A DNA stretch of 64,000 bases from Candidatus Omnitrophota bacterium (GCA_016930235.1 JAFGHI010000063.1:799-64798); one strand, 5' to 3'; positions 50,799 to 60,497 are shown, numbered from the stretch's first letter. Program-made: numbers and translations. The notes: a model not told the origin generated them from the letters alone.

Positions 50799-52413
50799 GA
50801 TATTTGCCTGGTTTGTAATCGCAGGGTTAGCGTTATTCCCGAATATGGGGAACGCTGACCAAGCAGCAAACTATAAGAAAAACGATGTCGGTCTTTATCG
50901 GGACGTTTTTGATCAGAATATCTATTATGAAGGGACAAATTTTCTTCATTTAGAACGGCTCTATCGGGCCATTTTTAGGAAAAAGAGCCGATCTGCCAAC
51001 ATTAATATCTTTGACGAGGTTCCCGACTCAAACTTTTTCACAAATCGCCATGCCCGAACGCGGTTGAATGCAAGGGAGCTTGAAGAGGGCTTCCGACAGG
51101 GGGCTCCTCCGAGTTCGAACGGGAAACTTACTGTGACGAAGGGGAAATTTGAAGGGTTGCATCCTGGATTTTATGTTCGAGATGACAAAGGAGATGAATA
51201 TCTTTTGAAGTTTGATCCGCTTGATTATTTTGAGCTGGCGACGGGCGCAGAAACAGTCGCGAATCGATTTTTGTATGCCATTGGGTATAACGTTCCCCAA
51301 TATGATGTTTTCTACTTCAACGCAGACCGTTTGGTCCCCGCTCCTGAAGCAACAACCGTGGATGATACAGGTTTTTGCAAGAAGTTAGATCAGGCAAAAT
51401 TGGAAGAATATCTTCTTTATTTACCACAGGGTGACGATGGCAAATATCGTGCGGCGGCCAGCAACCTTTTGAAGGGCGAAAATCTTGGAGGGTTTAGTTT
51501 CGCCGGCCGGCGGAAAGATGACCGTGAAGATATTTATGATCATCAGGATCGGCGTGAGATTCGAGCGCTTCGGGTATTTTCCTCCTGGATCAATAATAAT
51601 GATGTTCGAGAAGGGAACACCCTTGATGTCCTCGTTGAAGAAAATGGGCGGTCTTTTATTAAACATTATTTAATTGATTTTAACGCATCGTTGGGTGCGG
51701 GTTCAGACGGGGCAAAACCGCCGATGTTTACCCATGAATATATGATTGACTATGGAGAAGCAACAAAAGCTTTTTTGGGCCTGGGTTTATGGCAGAAACC
51801 GTGGCAAAAGCGGTGGCAAGAAGCGGGTGAGACTTTTTCGCAATCTCCAGCCGTTGGTTATTTTGATAATCGTTATTTTGACCCAAGTAAGTATAAGACA
51901 CAATTACCTTATTTTGCTTTCAAAGATTTAACCCGCGCGGATGGTTTTTGGGCAGCAAGAATTATTATGTCCTTCACCGATGATGACATCCGCGCGATGG
52001 TTAAGGCGGGGGAATATAGTGAACCAGAAGATGCTGACTATATTGCCCAAACCCTGATTGAAAGAAGAGATATTATTGGGCGCTATTGGTTTAGTGAATC
52101 AAACCCACTTGATAAGTTTTCCATGACAGGAGATGCCCTGACTTTCAATAACCTAGCTGTTGATTACGGGTTCGAATCGAAAGAGGGGATCACTTATCAT
52201 GTTAAAATCATTGAGAAGATTAAGAAGCGGGGCAAAGAGCTAGAAACCATTCAAATTAGCCAGCCGTCTGTAGACCTTGGGAAATGGCTTTCCGAGGCGG
52301 GTTCCTTAGATATCTTAATCAAAACTGAATGGGCTCAACAAGGCGAACTAAGCCCGATGGTTTTGGTTGAAATTAGGCAAGGAAAAGTTGCCGGCATTAT
52401 CCACGAAGATTAA
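50773..52413 (+). CDS. Exported protein with HipA/PI3K-like kinase motifs
   Basis: Signal-like N-terminus; YLLKFD, GAETVA, GYNVP, NNNDVREGN (Dx4N), LIDFNASLG; overlaps the Omp85 gene. Confidence 0.6.
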   Translation: MLKEAAHFKIFAWFVIAGLALFPNMGNADQAANYKKNDVGLYRDVFDQNIYYEGTNFLHLERLYRAIFRKKSRSANINIFDEVPDSNFFTNRHARTRLNARELEEGFRQGAPPSSNGKLTVTKGKFEGLHPGFYVRDDKGDEYLLKFDPLDYFELATGAETVANRFLYAIGYNVPQYDVFYFNADRLVPAPEATTVDDTGFCKKLDQAKLEEYLLYLPQGDDGKYRAAASNLLKGENLGGFSFAGRRKDDREDIYDHQDRREIRALRVFSSWINNNDVREGNTLDVLVEENGRSFIKHYLIDFNASLGAGSDGAKPPMFTHEYMIDYGEATKAFLGLGLWQKPWQKRWQEAGETFSQSPAVGYFDNRYFDPSKYKTQLPYFAFKDLTRADGFWAARIIMSFTDDDIRAMVKAGEYSEPEDADYIAQTLIERRDIIGRYWFSESNPLDKFSMTGDALTFNNLAVDYGFESKEGITYHVKIIEKIKKRGKELETIQISQPSVDLGKWLSEAGSLDILIKTEWAQQGELSPMVLVEIRQGKVAGIIHED

Positions 52414-52600
52414 TATCGAAACGAGCTAAGCAATTACGCTCAAGCCAGGAATCTTGAGTTGTCCCTTAATATTTTCTGCGGCAATTGCGAAAATCTATGG
52501 ATGGAGGTCATATCTATATTAACCATGACGAGAATGGGGCGTCACTGCTTGTGATTATATGAGAAAATGATAGGCGGAGCAGGGAACAAGGAGAATCCTC

Positions 52601-53647
52601 GTGCGAGAGATATTGCTCGAATGTTTGATATGCCCAAGATGTGGGAAGCAAGAATGGAAAATTCAGGTAGACTCAAAGAGTGAGTATGAGATCCGAGAAG
52701 GAATCCTGTCATGCCTTTCTTGTGGGCGGCAGAATACTATTACCAAGGGTATTGTGGATTGCCTTGGCGAACTTTCTTTGGAAGTAGCTCATGAGAAAAA
52801 TCACGCCGAATCCCTTGGATACTTGGTTACCCCCGAAGGAGAAAGTTGTGTAATCAACGAGGAAACAATCCAATGTTTTCGAAATCTCTTCTTATCGCTT
52901 CCGGCAGGGGATGGAAGTGCTTATTTTAAGCCGGGTGGCAGTTTTGACAATCAGGCTGGCAACGCGGAGCGGTTTTTTAAAACTCTTGATTTGCTTAATC
53001 TGACCGGGGAAGAAAAAATTTTGGAGGTTGGAGCAAGTTTTGGGTGGGGAGCATGGCGATTTGCTCAGCGAGGATGTCAGGTTGTTGCTCTTGATGTGAC
53101 AAATTATTTACAGGCTGCCGATCTTTATTTTGATAAAGATGGGTGTTACTTTGATCGAGTCATGGCTGATATGAACGCACTCCCTTTTTCGGACGGAAGT
53201 TTTGATATCATTTTTTCTCATTCCGTGATTCATCATTGCAAGAATATTGAAAATTTATTCTGCGAGTTTTATCGAGTTCTCCGACCTGGAGGGAGAGTTG
53301 TTGCACTTCATGAATGTGCTTTCGGAATTTTTGAGGACAAATCAGGTAAAGCGTTAAAAAAAGCGATCGATGAAGGTTTTAATGAAAATGCCTATACTCT
53401 TTGGGAGTGGTGGCAGGGGGCAAGACGGGGAGGATTTTTAAATATACGATTTCATTTCTTTTCTCTTGTTGATGATTATATCCACCGAAAAAAAATTCGC
53501 GGCTCAGGAATGACAGGCAAACTACGATTTGCTTATTGGATCAAAGCTCGTCCTTTCTTAAATCGATTGATTAATCTTCTGAGTATTATCCCACGAATTA
53601 TATTAAGACCTAAAGCCTGGATGATGATGGCTAGCCGGTCGAAATAA
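52601..53647 (+). CDS. Class I SAM methyltransferase with N-terminal Trm112-like Zn ribbon
   Basis: LICPRC...LSCLSC, ILEVGASFG, ADMNALPFSDGSFD, RVLRPGG. Confidence 0.88.
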   Translation: MREILLECLICPRCGKQEWKIQVDSKSEYEIREGILSCLSCGRQNTITKGIVDCLGELSLEVAHEKNHAESLGYLVTPEGESCVINEETIQCFRNLFLSLPAGDGSAYFKPGGSFDNQAGNAERFFKTLDLLNLTGEEKILEVGASFGWGAWRFAQRGCQVVALDVTNYLQAADLYFDKDGCYFDRVMADMNALPFSDGSFDIIFSHSVIHHCKNIENLFCEFYRVLRPGGRVVALHECAFGIFEDKSGKALKKAIDEGFNENAYTLWEWWQGARRGGFLNIRFHFFSLVDDYIHRKKIRGSGMTGKLRFAYWIKARPFLNRLINLLSIIPRIILRPKAWMMMASRSK

Positions 53648-53842
53648 TTCCAAAATCTTCTTAGTCCCATTTAGGCTTGCCTCGGATGTTTCTATTAAAG
53701 GGTCTTGATTGCACTTTAATGAAGTGGACTTCTAAAAGATCATAATTGCTATGTGTTGCTACAACGCTCTATCGGGAAATATACTTATTAATATTGTAAA
53801 ATAAGTCTTTTTCAGCTAGTCTTTATAAAAGGGGGTTTTTCG

Positions 53843-54310
53843 ATGAAAATGAATAGCAATAGCTCGCATTTATGGAGGATTGGGGAGATATTGCTTCAGC
53901 ACAACTGGATTGAGTGGGAGCAGCTTCGAAATGCCCTTATGTCCCAAAGAGAATCGGGAGAAAGAATAGGCTCAATTTTGGTACATATGGGGGCTGTGAC
54001 CAAGGAAAGAGTTGCTAGAGCCGTAGCCGAACAGCATCAAAAACCCTTTGTTGATCTTCATATCTTAAATGCTCAGACGGATGCTATTCACCGTATCCCA
54101 AAAAGATTTGTTCACCAGTATCAAATCATGCCTCTTCTTGTCAGCGACAGAACACTTCTTGTTGCAGTTTCTGATCCCCTTGATTCATGGGTGGAAGCGG
54201 AGATTGCACGAATTGCGAAATGCTCCGACATCAAAACGGTCATTGCTTGTGCCGATACGATTCAGGAAGCCATTCTTGAAGTCTACGGCAGAGAAGGAAT
54301 GGCTGCTTAA
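53843..54310 (+). CDS. Stand-alone MshEN (GspE N-terminal) domain protein
   Basis: Tandem RIGEILL...QLRNALMSQ and RIGSILV..G.V...AVAEQ motifs, VAVSDPLD; no ATPase domain. Confidence 0.85.
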   Translation: MKMNSNSSHLWRIGEILLQHNWIEWEQLRNALMSQRESGERIGSILVHMGAVTKERVARAVAEQHQKPFVDLHILNAQTDAIHRIPKRFVHQYQIMPLLVSDRTLLVAVSDPLDSWVEAEIARIAKCSDIKTVIACADTIQEAILEVYGREGMAA

Positions 54311-54417
54311 TTCACCTCTACAAAGAGTCTGCCGATAATTTTATTGTTAGACCAATTCTCTTTTAAGCCGTCTAAAATATAAGATAGCATGGAAGAAAGA
54401 TTCGAAAGGGGAAAATT

Positions 54418-54786
54418 ATGTGTAAGATTAAACCATTTATAGCAATTTGCTCTTTGCTAGGGCTGATGATTGTTTTCTCTCTGACAGCGGTATCTGCGTG
54501 GGCGTTTAAGAATAATCCTCCAGGACCGAAAGGTGGGAAAGGGACAAACTGGAATAATCCCCCTGGCCCGGAAGGAGGGCCGGGAGCAAGCCCTAAAGAA
54601 GTCGATTCAAATAAATGGTGGCAGTCCAAGGTGGCGTATCATAAGTTGGAAAGGGAAGAACTTAGGACTAAGTTAGAAAAGCTGAAAGAATATCGGTCTG
54701 AATTAATGGCTAGCGGGGCCGATGGAGATCTCATCGCAGAAATTAATGATGAAATCGAAGACGTTGAAGAAGCCTTATTCCGCTAA
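54418..54786 (+). CDS. Small exported protein with NNPPGPxGG repeats and a C-terminal coiled coil
   Basis: Signal peptide ending AWA; NNPPGPKGGKGTNW-NNPPGPEGGPGASP. Confidence 0.75.
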   Translation: MCKIKPFIAICSLLGLMIVFSLTAVSAWAFKNNPPGPKGGKGTNWNNPPGPEGGPGASPKEVDSNKWWQSKVAYHKLEREELRTKLEKLKEYRSELMASGADGDLIAEINDEIEDVEEALFR

Positions 54787-54832
54787 GAGAAAGAGCGTCT
54801 TCGCTTAACTATTGCGTGGACGCTCTTTTTCT
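54787..54832. terminator. Bidirectional intrinsic terminator
   Basis: AAAGAGCGTC...GACGCTCTTT stem with flanking A/T tracts between convergent genes. Confidence 0.75.
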
Positions 54833-54849
54833 ATTTCTTTTTGAGAAGA

Positions 54850-55182
54850 TTAAAGCTCAACTCCTCCATCAAGGAGCGGAACGTCAAGAGATGTAATGGG
54901 GAAAGTAATAACATGGAGTACTCCACCTAGGGTATAGGTCATTGTTTTTACAAATCCCATGCCTGCTCCCGCAATGACATTTTTCCCCTCTTGTTTGTAA
55001 TTATAGGGCTCAGAAAAGAGAGCCGTCCAGCCGCCAAGGATGTTTTTCATGCCATAATCTAGCTTGCCAGTCATTTTGGCACCATAGGTTGCTTCTTCAG
55101 TCCATGGGCTTGCCGCAGAGGCCAAAGAAGGCATAAGCGTAAGGGTTAGGGCTACAAAAAGGATAGACGTGATTTTTTTCAT
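54850..55182 (-). CDS. Small exported/membrane protein resembling the exosortase-associated TIGR04073 family
   Basis: Signal peptide; KLDYGMKNILGGW...P, GxGxG, GVLHVITFP pattern; GAGG RBS. Confidence 0.65.
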   Translation of the reverse strand: MKKITSILFVALTLTLMPSLASAASPWTEEATYGAKMTGKLDYGMKNILGGWTALFSEPYNYKQEGKNVIAGAGMGFVKTMTYTLGGVLHVITFPITSLDVPLLDGGVEL

Positions 55183-55258
55183 GATCGACCTCGGCTTTCT
55201 GAGTTTTTTATGTAGTGCAAATTCCGTTCGCCATTTTTTTTAAGGGCTTCCGAGTATT

Positions 55259-56209
55259 CTAATCGGAATATTGAAAAGCGACAAGGTCAGAAAGAGAAAT
55301 AATCTCAAAGCCCTCATTGATGAGTTCTGGAATTCTCGCTTGCAAAACGCGCAGGGTTTTAGGTCGGTAATGGCCAATTCCAATGGCATAACCGTGTTTC
55401 CTGGCACGTTCAGCGAGCTCCGCAATTTTTATTTCGATGGAAGGACGGAGATTTTGATTATCCAGAAAAACGCTCCGAGTCAGAACCGGAAGGTTGATTT
55501 TGCTTCCAATTTCGACAGCGGTTGTTTGAGACGTTGTATAACTGTCGAGATAAAAGAGTCCCCGGTCTTTTAATTCTTGGAGAATAACCCCCATCAGTTT
55601 TGGATTTTTGCTACCTAGGGAACCCATATGATTGTTGACGCCCACATGCGGGCTTACCGAAATTAAGTTACGGTTCAATACGTCAAGGACTTGAGATTCG
55701 GGCATCCGATCAGTGATTAGACCTGGCCCTGGGATGGTTCCATCCGCAGCTTCAAGAGGGAGGTGAAGAATGACCTCAGCTCCCGTTTTCTGGCTTAATC
55801 GGCTGAACGTCCTGGAATAAGGCAGCATAGGCAGAATGGCATAAGTGACTTTGTCACCTAATTTCACAAGTTCGTCCTGATAAGAAAGGGTATTTCCAAT
55901 GTCGTCGATAACAAAGGCAATTTTGGGTTTATCAAGGGATACTTTCCGTGACCGTATTTTCCAAAGCGGGATCAAGGGCTTAGATTTATCTACAGCGATA
56001 ACCTTTTCGATCGTAGGGAGGGAAGAGGGTTTGATTTCTACTTTTCTTTGAATGGGTAGAAAACCTGATTCATAGAGGAGATAGAAAAAGCTAGCAAGCA
56101 ACAAAAAATTAAAGATGTGACCCACCAGCTTCAATTTCTTTTTGGTTTTTGCCTTAAGCCTAAAAACGAATCTTTTTCGTTTGCCCTTTTTGCGTGTGCG
56201 CGCAACCAT
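55259..56209 (-). CDS. Divergent polysaccharide deacetylase (YibQ-like)
   Basis: IAFVIDDIG, ILHLPLE, NNHMGS, YLDSYT, RSVFLDN, AIGIGH. Confidence 0.92.
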   Translation of the reverse strand: MVARTRKKGKRKRFVFRLKAKTKKKLKLVGHIFNFLLLASFFYLLYESGFLPIQRKVEIKPSSLPTIEKVIAVDKSKPLIPLWKIRSRKVSLDKPKIAFVIDDIGNTLSYQDELVKLGDKVTYAILPMLPYSRTFSRLSQKTGAEVILHLPLEAADGTIPGPGLITDRMPESQVLDVLNRNLISVSPHVGVNNHMGSLGSKNPKLMGVILQELKDRGLFYLDSYTTSQTTAVEIGSKINLPVLTRSVFLDNQNLRPSIEIKIAELAERARKHGYAIGIGHYRPKTLRVLQARIPELINEGFEIISLSDLVAFQYSD

Positions 56210-56353
56210 ATCTATCTCCTCCCAGGCCTATTTTGCTTCAAGATGTGGATAAATTCAAGGGATCTGCTCTTAATAAGAGATTTTCTAGATTTTGAAGCAA
56301 CATGACGATAATTAAATTAAAATCAAACAGCGATAAAGACAAAGGAGTCCAAG

Positions 56354-56806
56354 GTGAATTCGGAATTCATCGGTGGATTGATGTTCGTTGCTGGAGTTGT
56401 GATGAGCATTGTTGGACAATTCATGTTAATTTGCGCAGCGTTTTCTAAAAGTATTCTTTGGGGATTATCGTATCTTTTTATCCCCGGTATTGGCCCCCTT
56501 ATTTTCATACTACGGTTTTGGCGCCAAATCAAAGGGCCTCTTCTTATTTTTTTTGTTTCACTTTGTATGCTCGGGGGAGGCGCTTTTATGACAATAAAGC
56601 CTCTTGAAGATCGGCATTTAACGATAAAGAAGCAGATAAAACATCTCAACCCGTATTTTAAGAAATGGTTCGACAGTGGCGGTGAAATTCGCGTTTGGGA
56701 GGCTAAGACATGGGGAAAATGGAGACCTATCAGGACAATCGGAGAAGGTTCCGTTGTTGAAGTTTCTGATATCAAAATCCAGGCCAGCGGAAACGAACCA
56801 AACTAA
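56354..56806 (+). CDS. Hypothetical membrane protein
   Basis: Three hydrophobic segments (AFSKSILWGLSYLFIP...FWRQIKGP); AAGGAG RBS. Confidence 0.7.
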   Translation: MNSEFIGGLMFVAGVVMSIVGQFMLICAAFSKSILWGLSYLFIPGIGPLIFILRFWRQIKGPLLIFFVSLCMLGGGAFMTIKPLEDRHLTIKKQIKHLNPYFKKWFDSGGEIRVWEAKTWGKWRPIRTIGEGSVVEVSDIKIQASGNEPN

Positions 56807-56818
56807 TTTCGAATCATA

Positions 56819-58327
56819 ATGAGTAATTCGAAACTTTTATTATCAGATATGAGCGGGATTCGAGGGATATCGGTGCGATATCTTTCTGCTTACGCGAAAT
56901 CCCAAGGGGTGGAGACAGAATTGCTTTTCCCTTTGATTTTAGGACGCGGATTCGAGGATTTACCTCGTTTGAAGGTTGAGCAACAACAGGCTGTGCTTGA
57001 TTTTCTTAGAACCCACGGGGTAACTCATTTTGGATGCTATTTAATGACAGGTCATTTAAGGGCTTTCAAAGAACTTGTCGAGTTTATCAGAAGTCGCGGA
57101 TGGCAGGGATGTATCATCGCGGGAGGTGTGCATCCTACAGTTTGCTGCGAAGAATCGTTGATGGACGGTGTCGATTATGTAGTCATGGGACCTGGTGAAA
57201 AATCGCTAGTTGATATTGTTAATGGGATGGGTTTAAGCCGTATTAGTGGGTTGGTATACAGAGAAAACGGTAGGATCAAAATCAATCAAGTTGCCGAAGA
57301 CGCTTATGTCGATTTGAATCTTCTCCCATTCCCTGATTACGATTTTAAGACTCATTATGTTATTCGTAATAAAGGAATTGAACTGTTAACGATTAAGGTT
57401 TACCGAGAACTAGAGACATGGAAGGGCATTTATTATTTTTTAACAACCACAAGAGGATGCCCCTATCATTGCTCTTATTGCGTGAATCTTAATCGGAAGC
57501 ATCTTCAACGTGCTTCCATTGACCGCGTGATAGAGGAATTGCATTCCGCCAAGAAGCGAATGCCTTTTATTAAAGGATGTAACATTCAAGACGATTCTTT
57601 TTTTATTGGTTCGGATGAATGGATAAATGAGTTTTGTCGACGATTCAAAAAAGAGTTTAATTGGCCGTTCATTGCTCGCGTCATGCCTCGATTTGCAACC
57701 GATAAGCGTTTGAGAATGATGAAAGAAAGCGGATTAAAATATGTATCTGTAGGATTGCAGGGATCTGAAAGGATGAACCGTGAGATTTATGATCGGCATG
57801 AGACCAATAAATCCTTTGTCGATGCATGTCATATAATGAATAAACTAGGCATCCATTATGTTGTTGATGTCATATTAGATAACGCCTATGAAGCGGAAGA
57901 AGATTTAAAAGAAATTGCGAGGGTTTTAAACAGTATCCCGAGGCCATTTAAAGTCTTAGCCTATGGGATGACCCCTTTCCCAGGGACAAGTTTTTATCAA
58001 CGAGTTGTAAGAGATGGGTTGTTAGAGAGGTTTGCGGCAGATGCCTATGAATCGATGTTCACCCCAACGCGGCCCGGCGCTTATGAAACACCGACTTATT
58101 GGAGATTACTCATCTCGAAAGTAATCCCTTTGTATCGGAATAAAGTCGTGAATCAATTAATAGAGTCGGGGCCTAATAATGAAAGGGCTGTTCATCAATT
58201 AGAGAGTATTTGTAAAAATGCTGAAAGAAAAATTGTTCTAGCAGAAGGATTAAGGCGGGTGTGGCCTGAGGGCTTTGGTTTTGGGTTAAGTTTCTACAAG
58301 GCTCTAATGCGGTGGTGGACCCACTGA
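56819..58327 (+). CDS. B12-binding-domain radical SAM protein
   Basis: IIAGGVHPT, DYVVMGPGE, LPFPD, RGCPYHCSYC, DDSF, PFPGT. Confidence 0.9.
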   Translation: MSNSKLLLSDMSGIRGISVRYLSAYAKSQGVETELLFPLILGRGFEDLPRLKVEQQQAVLDFLRTHGVTHFGCYLMTGHLRAFKELVEFIRSRGWQGCIIAGGVHPTVCCEESLMDGVDYVVMGPGEKSLVDIVNGMGLSRISGLVYRENGRIKINQVAEDAYVDLNLLPFPDYDFKTHYVIRNKGIELLTIKVYRELETWKGIYYFLTTTRGCPYHCSYCVNLNRKHLQRASIDRVIEELHSAKKRMPFIKGCNIQDDSFFIGSDEWINEFCRRFKKEFNWPFIARVMPRFATDKRLRMMKESGLKYVSVGLQGSERMNREIYDRHETNKSFVDACHIMNKLGIHYVVDVILDNAYEAEEDLKEIARVLNSIPRPFKVLAYGMTPFPGTSFYQRVVRDGLLERFAADAYESMFTPTRPGAYETPTYWRLLISKVIPLYRNKVVNQLIESGPNNERAVHQLESICKNAERKIVLAEGLRRVWPEGFGFGLSFYKALMRWWTH

Positions 58328-58347
58328 AATGATGAAGAATTATGAAG

Positions 58348-59877
58348 TTATTGCCCCCACCACTGACGGTCTAAGCTTCGGTATTGGATGGCTTCGGCGA
58401 TATGTTCGGGACGGATCTCGCTTGATTCAGCCATATCGCCGATGGTTCTTGAAATCTTGAGGATCTTAAAATAACCGCGGGCTGAGAGCCTTAATTCCTT
58501 CATGGCAAGTTCAAGGAGTTTACGCCCTTCTGCGTTGGGCGAAGCATACAATTTGATGTCGCGAGGGCTCATCCGCGCGTTGGTCCGGTAATTTTTTTTC
58601 TGATAACGTTCTGTTTGAATTTGTCGGTATCGAGTGATTCTGGAGCGGATTGCAGAAGAGCTTTCCGAAGAATCGTCTTTGCTCAAATGAGAAAAGGGAA
58701 GTGCGCTAACTTCCACCTGCAAATCAATCCTGTCTAAGATGGGACCGGATACCTTGGCTTGGTATTTTTGTATTTGGTGAAGAGTACATCGGCATGTCCT
58801 GCGTCTGTCCGTTAAATAACCACACGGACACGGATTCATGGCTGCCACGAGAGTTGTTTTAGACGGAAAAGAGATTCGTGTTTTTGCTCTTGAAACGGTA
58901 ATCATGCCGTCTTCTAAAGGGGATCGCAGGGATTCTAGGACATCCCGGCGGAATTCCGGGAATTCATCAAGAAATAGGACCCCTTCGTGAGCGAGAGATA
59001 TTTCTCCGGGTTTGGGCCAAGTCCCGCCGCCAATCATAGCCACAGGAGAAATTGTATGATGAGGAGATCGAAAGGGTCGTTCTTGGATGAGCGGCGCTCC
59101 ATTTTGGATGAGTCCCGCAACGCTATGGATTTTGGTTACGGCCATCGTTTCATCAAATTGAAGTGGCGGGAGGATGGTTGGGATTCGTCTTGCCAACATC
59201 GTTTTTCCAGCGCCGGGTGGACCAATTAAAAGAAGATTATGCTCTCCTGCAACTGCGATTTCGATAGCACGTTTGGCAAAATGTTGACCTTTAACGTCAG
59301 AAAAATCTGTTGAATAAGTGGGAGACCAAAGGTCAGAATGCAAAGAGTTTGAAGCGATAGGTTGAATATCACGTTCTCCTGACAAAAACTCCGCGACTTC
59401 TCTAAGAGAATTAACGGGGTAGACAAGGGCTTCTTTGTCCAGGGACGCTTCCAAAGCATTTTGAATGGGTAGAACAAGAGTGTTGGATTTCTTGAGGCTT
59501 GAAGCAATGACGACAGCGCCTTTGAAAGGCCGCAAAGATCCGTCGAGAGCTAATTCGCCAAGAAAGATGTGTTTTCTGAGCGTTTCTTGAGGAATGATTT
59601 CTTGAGAGGCTAAGATGCCTAATGCGACTGGGAGATCGAAGGAGGGGCCTTCTTTTCGGATATCGGCAGGAGCGAGGTTGACGGTAATCCGATCTTGGGG
59701 GAAAGGATACCCACTGTTTTTAATTGCTGCTCGGACCCGGTCTCGTGATTCCTTGACACTTGTATCTGGCAAACCGACAACTGTAAATTGTGGCAGCCCT
59801 TCTGTTATGTCGACCTCAATCTCTACATGATAAGCATCAATCCCTAAGAATGCAGCGCTTTGGATTTTCGACATCAT
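58348..59877 (-). CDS. comM: ComM/YifB Mg-chelatase-like AAA+ helicase
   Basis: VGLPDTSVKESRDRVRAA, GPPGAGKTMLA, RPFRSPHHT, FLDEFPEF, NPCPCG. Confidence 0.96.
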   Translation of the reverse strand: MMSKIQSAAFLGIDAYHVEIEVDITEGLPQFTVVGLPDTSVKESRDRVRAAIKNSGYPFPQDRITVNLAPADIRKEGPSFDLPVALGILASQEIIPQETLRKHIFLGELALDGSLRPFKGAVVIASSLKKSNTLVLPIQNALEASLDKEALVYPVNSLREVAEFLSGERDIQPIASNSLHSDLWSPTYSTDFSDVKGQHFAKRAIEIAVAGEHNLLLIGPPGAGKTMLARRIPTILPPLQFDETMAVTKIHSVAGLIQNGAPLIQERPFRSPHHTISPVAMIGGGTWPKPGEISLAHEGVLFLDEFPEFRRDVLESLRSPLEDGMITVSRAKTRISFPSKTTLVAAMNPCPCGYLTDRRRTCRCTLHQIQKYQAKVSGPILDRIDLQVEVSALPFSHLSKDDSSESSSAIRSRITRYRQIQTERYQKKNYRTNARMSPRDIKLYASPNAEGRKLLELAMKELRLSARGYFKILKISRTIGDMAESSEIRPEHIAEAIQYRSLDRQWWGQ

Positions 59878-60028
59878 TGGAAATCACCCTTGCTTTTTGT
59901 AAAGTGCGTTCTTATAATCCTTTTGCTTACTAGAAAAGCGTATTGCGTGTATTTATTTAATGTATAAATATTATGATATTTAATCATATATTCTATAGAA
60001 CGTCAAGCCTTTACGTGGGAGACGACCT

Positions 60029-60490
60029 GTGACCTCCTTTGAAGCAATAGAGCCACCTTTCTCCCACTTCCAAGCATGGGCTGCTGTTTTTTTAAGCTGG
60101 TTAACAGCTCAGCTTGCTAAGGTGGCCAGAAGCGCCCTTCAAGAAAAACGACTAAGTTTAAGATGGTTGTTTGGAGCAGGAGGGATGCCAAGTTCCCACT
60201 CAGCAACCGTTTCAAGCCTTTCGACGGTTACAGGGCTTTATTTTGGGTTCAGTTCTTTACCCTTTTTGATCGTTCTCATATTTACACTGATTACGATGTT
60301 TGATGCTGCAGGGGTTCGAAGAAACGTAGGCCGTCAAGCAAGGATTTTGAATAAAATGCTGGACGAATTTTATGAAAAAGGAGAATTCAAGGAAGGAAGA
60401 TTAAAAGAACTTTTGGGGCATACGCCTGTAGAGGTATTTGCGGGCGCCTTCCTTGGCATAATCATCGCCCTTTTGATCTGCGCTTTTTAA
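60029..60490 (+). CDS. Divergent PAP2 (DUF212) family membrane protein
   Basis: GGMPSSHSA, MFDAAGVRR, LKELLGHTPVEV. Confidence 0.92.
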   Translation: MTSFEAIEPPFSHFQAWAAVFLSWLTAQLAKVARSALQEKRLSLRWLFGAGGMPSSHSATVSSLSTVTGLYFGFSSLPFLIVLIFTLITMFDAAGVRRNVGRQARILNKMLDEFYEKGEFKEGRLKELLGHTPVEVFAGAFLGIIIALLICAF

Positions 60491-60497
60491 AAGCATC

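Noticed and set aside
52414-52600. Short ORF MDGGHIYINHDENGASLLVII, vaguely like a histidine-kinase C-terminus remnant
   Set aside because: Too short, has an in-frame stop just upstream, and the resemblance cannot be supported
56244-56252. Perfect DnaA box TGTGGATAA in a divergent intergenic region
   Set aside because: A single 9-mer can occur by chance in 64 kb; no cluster supports it
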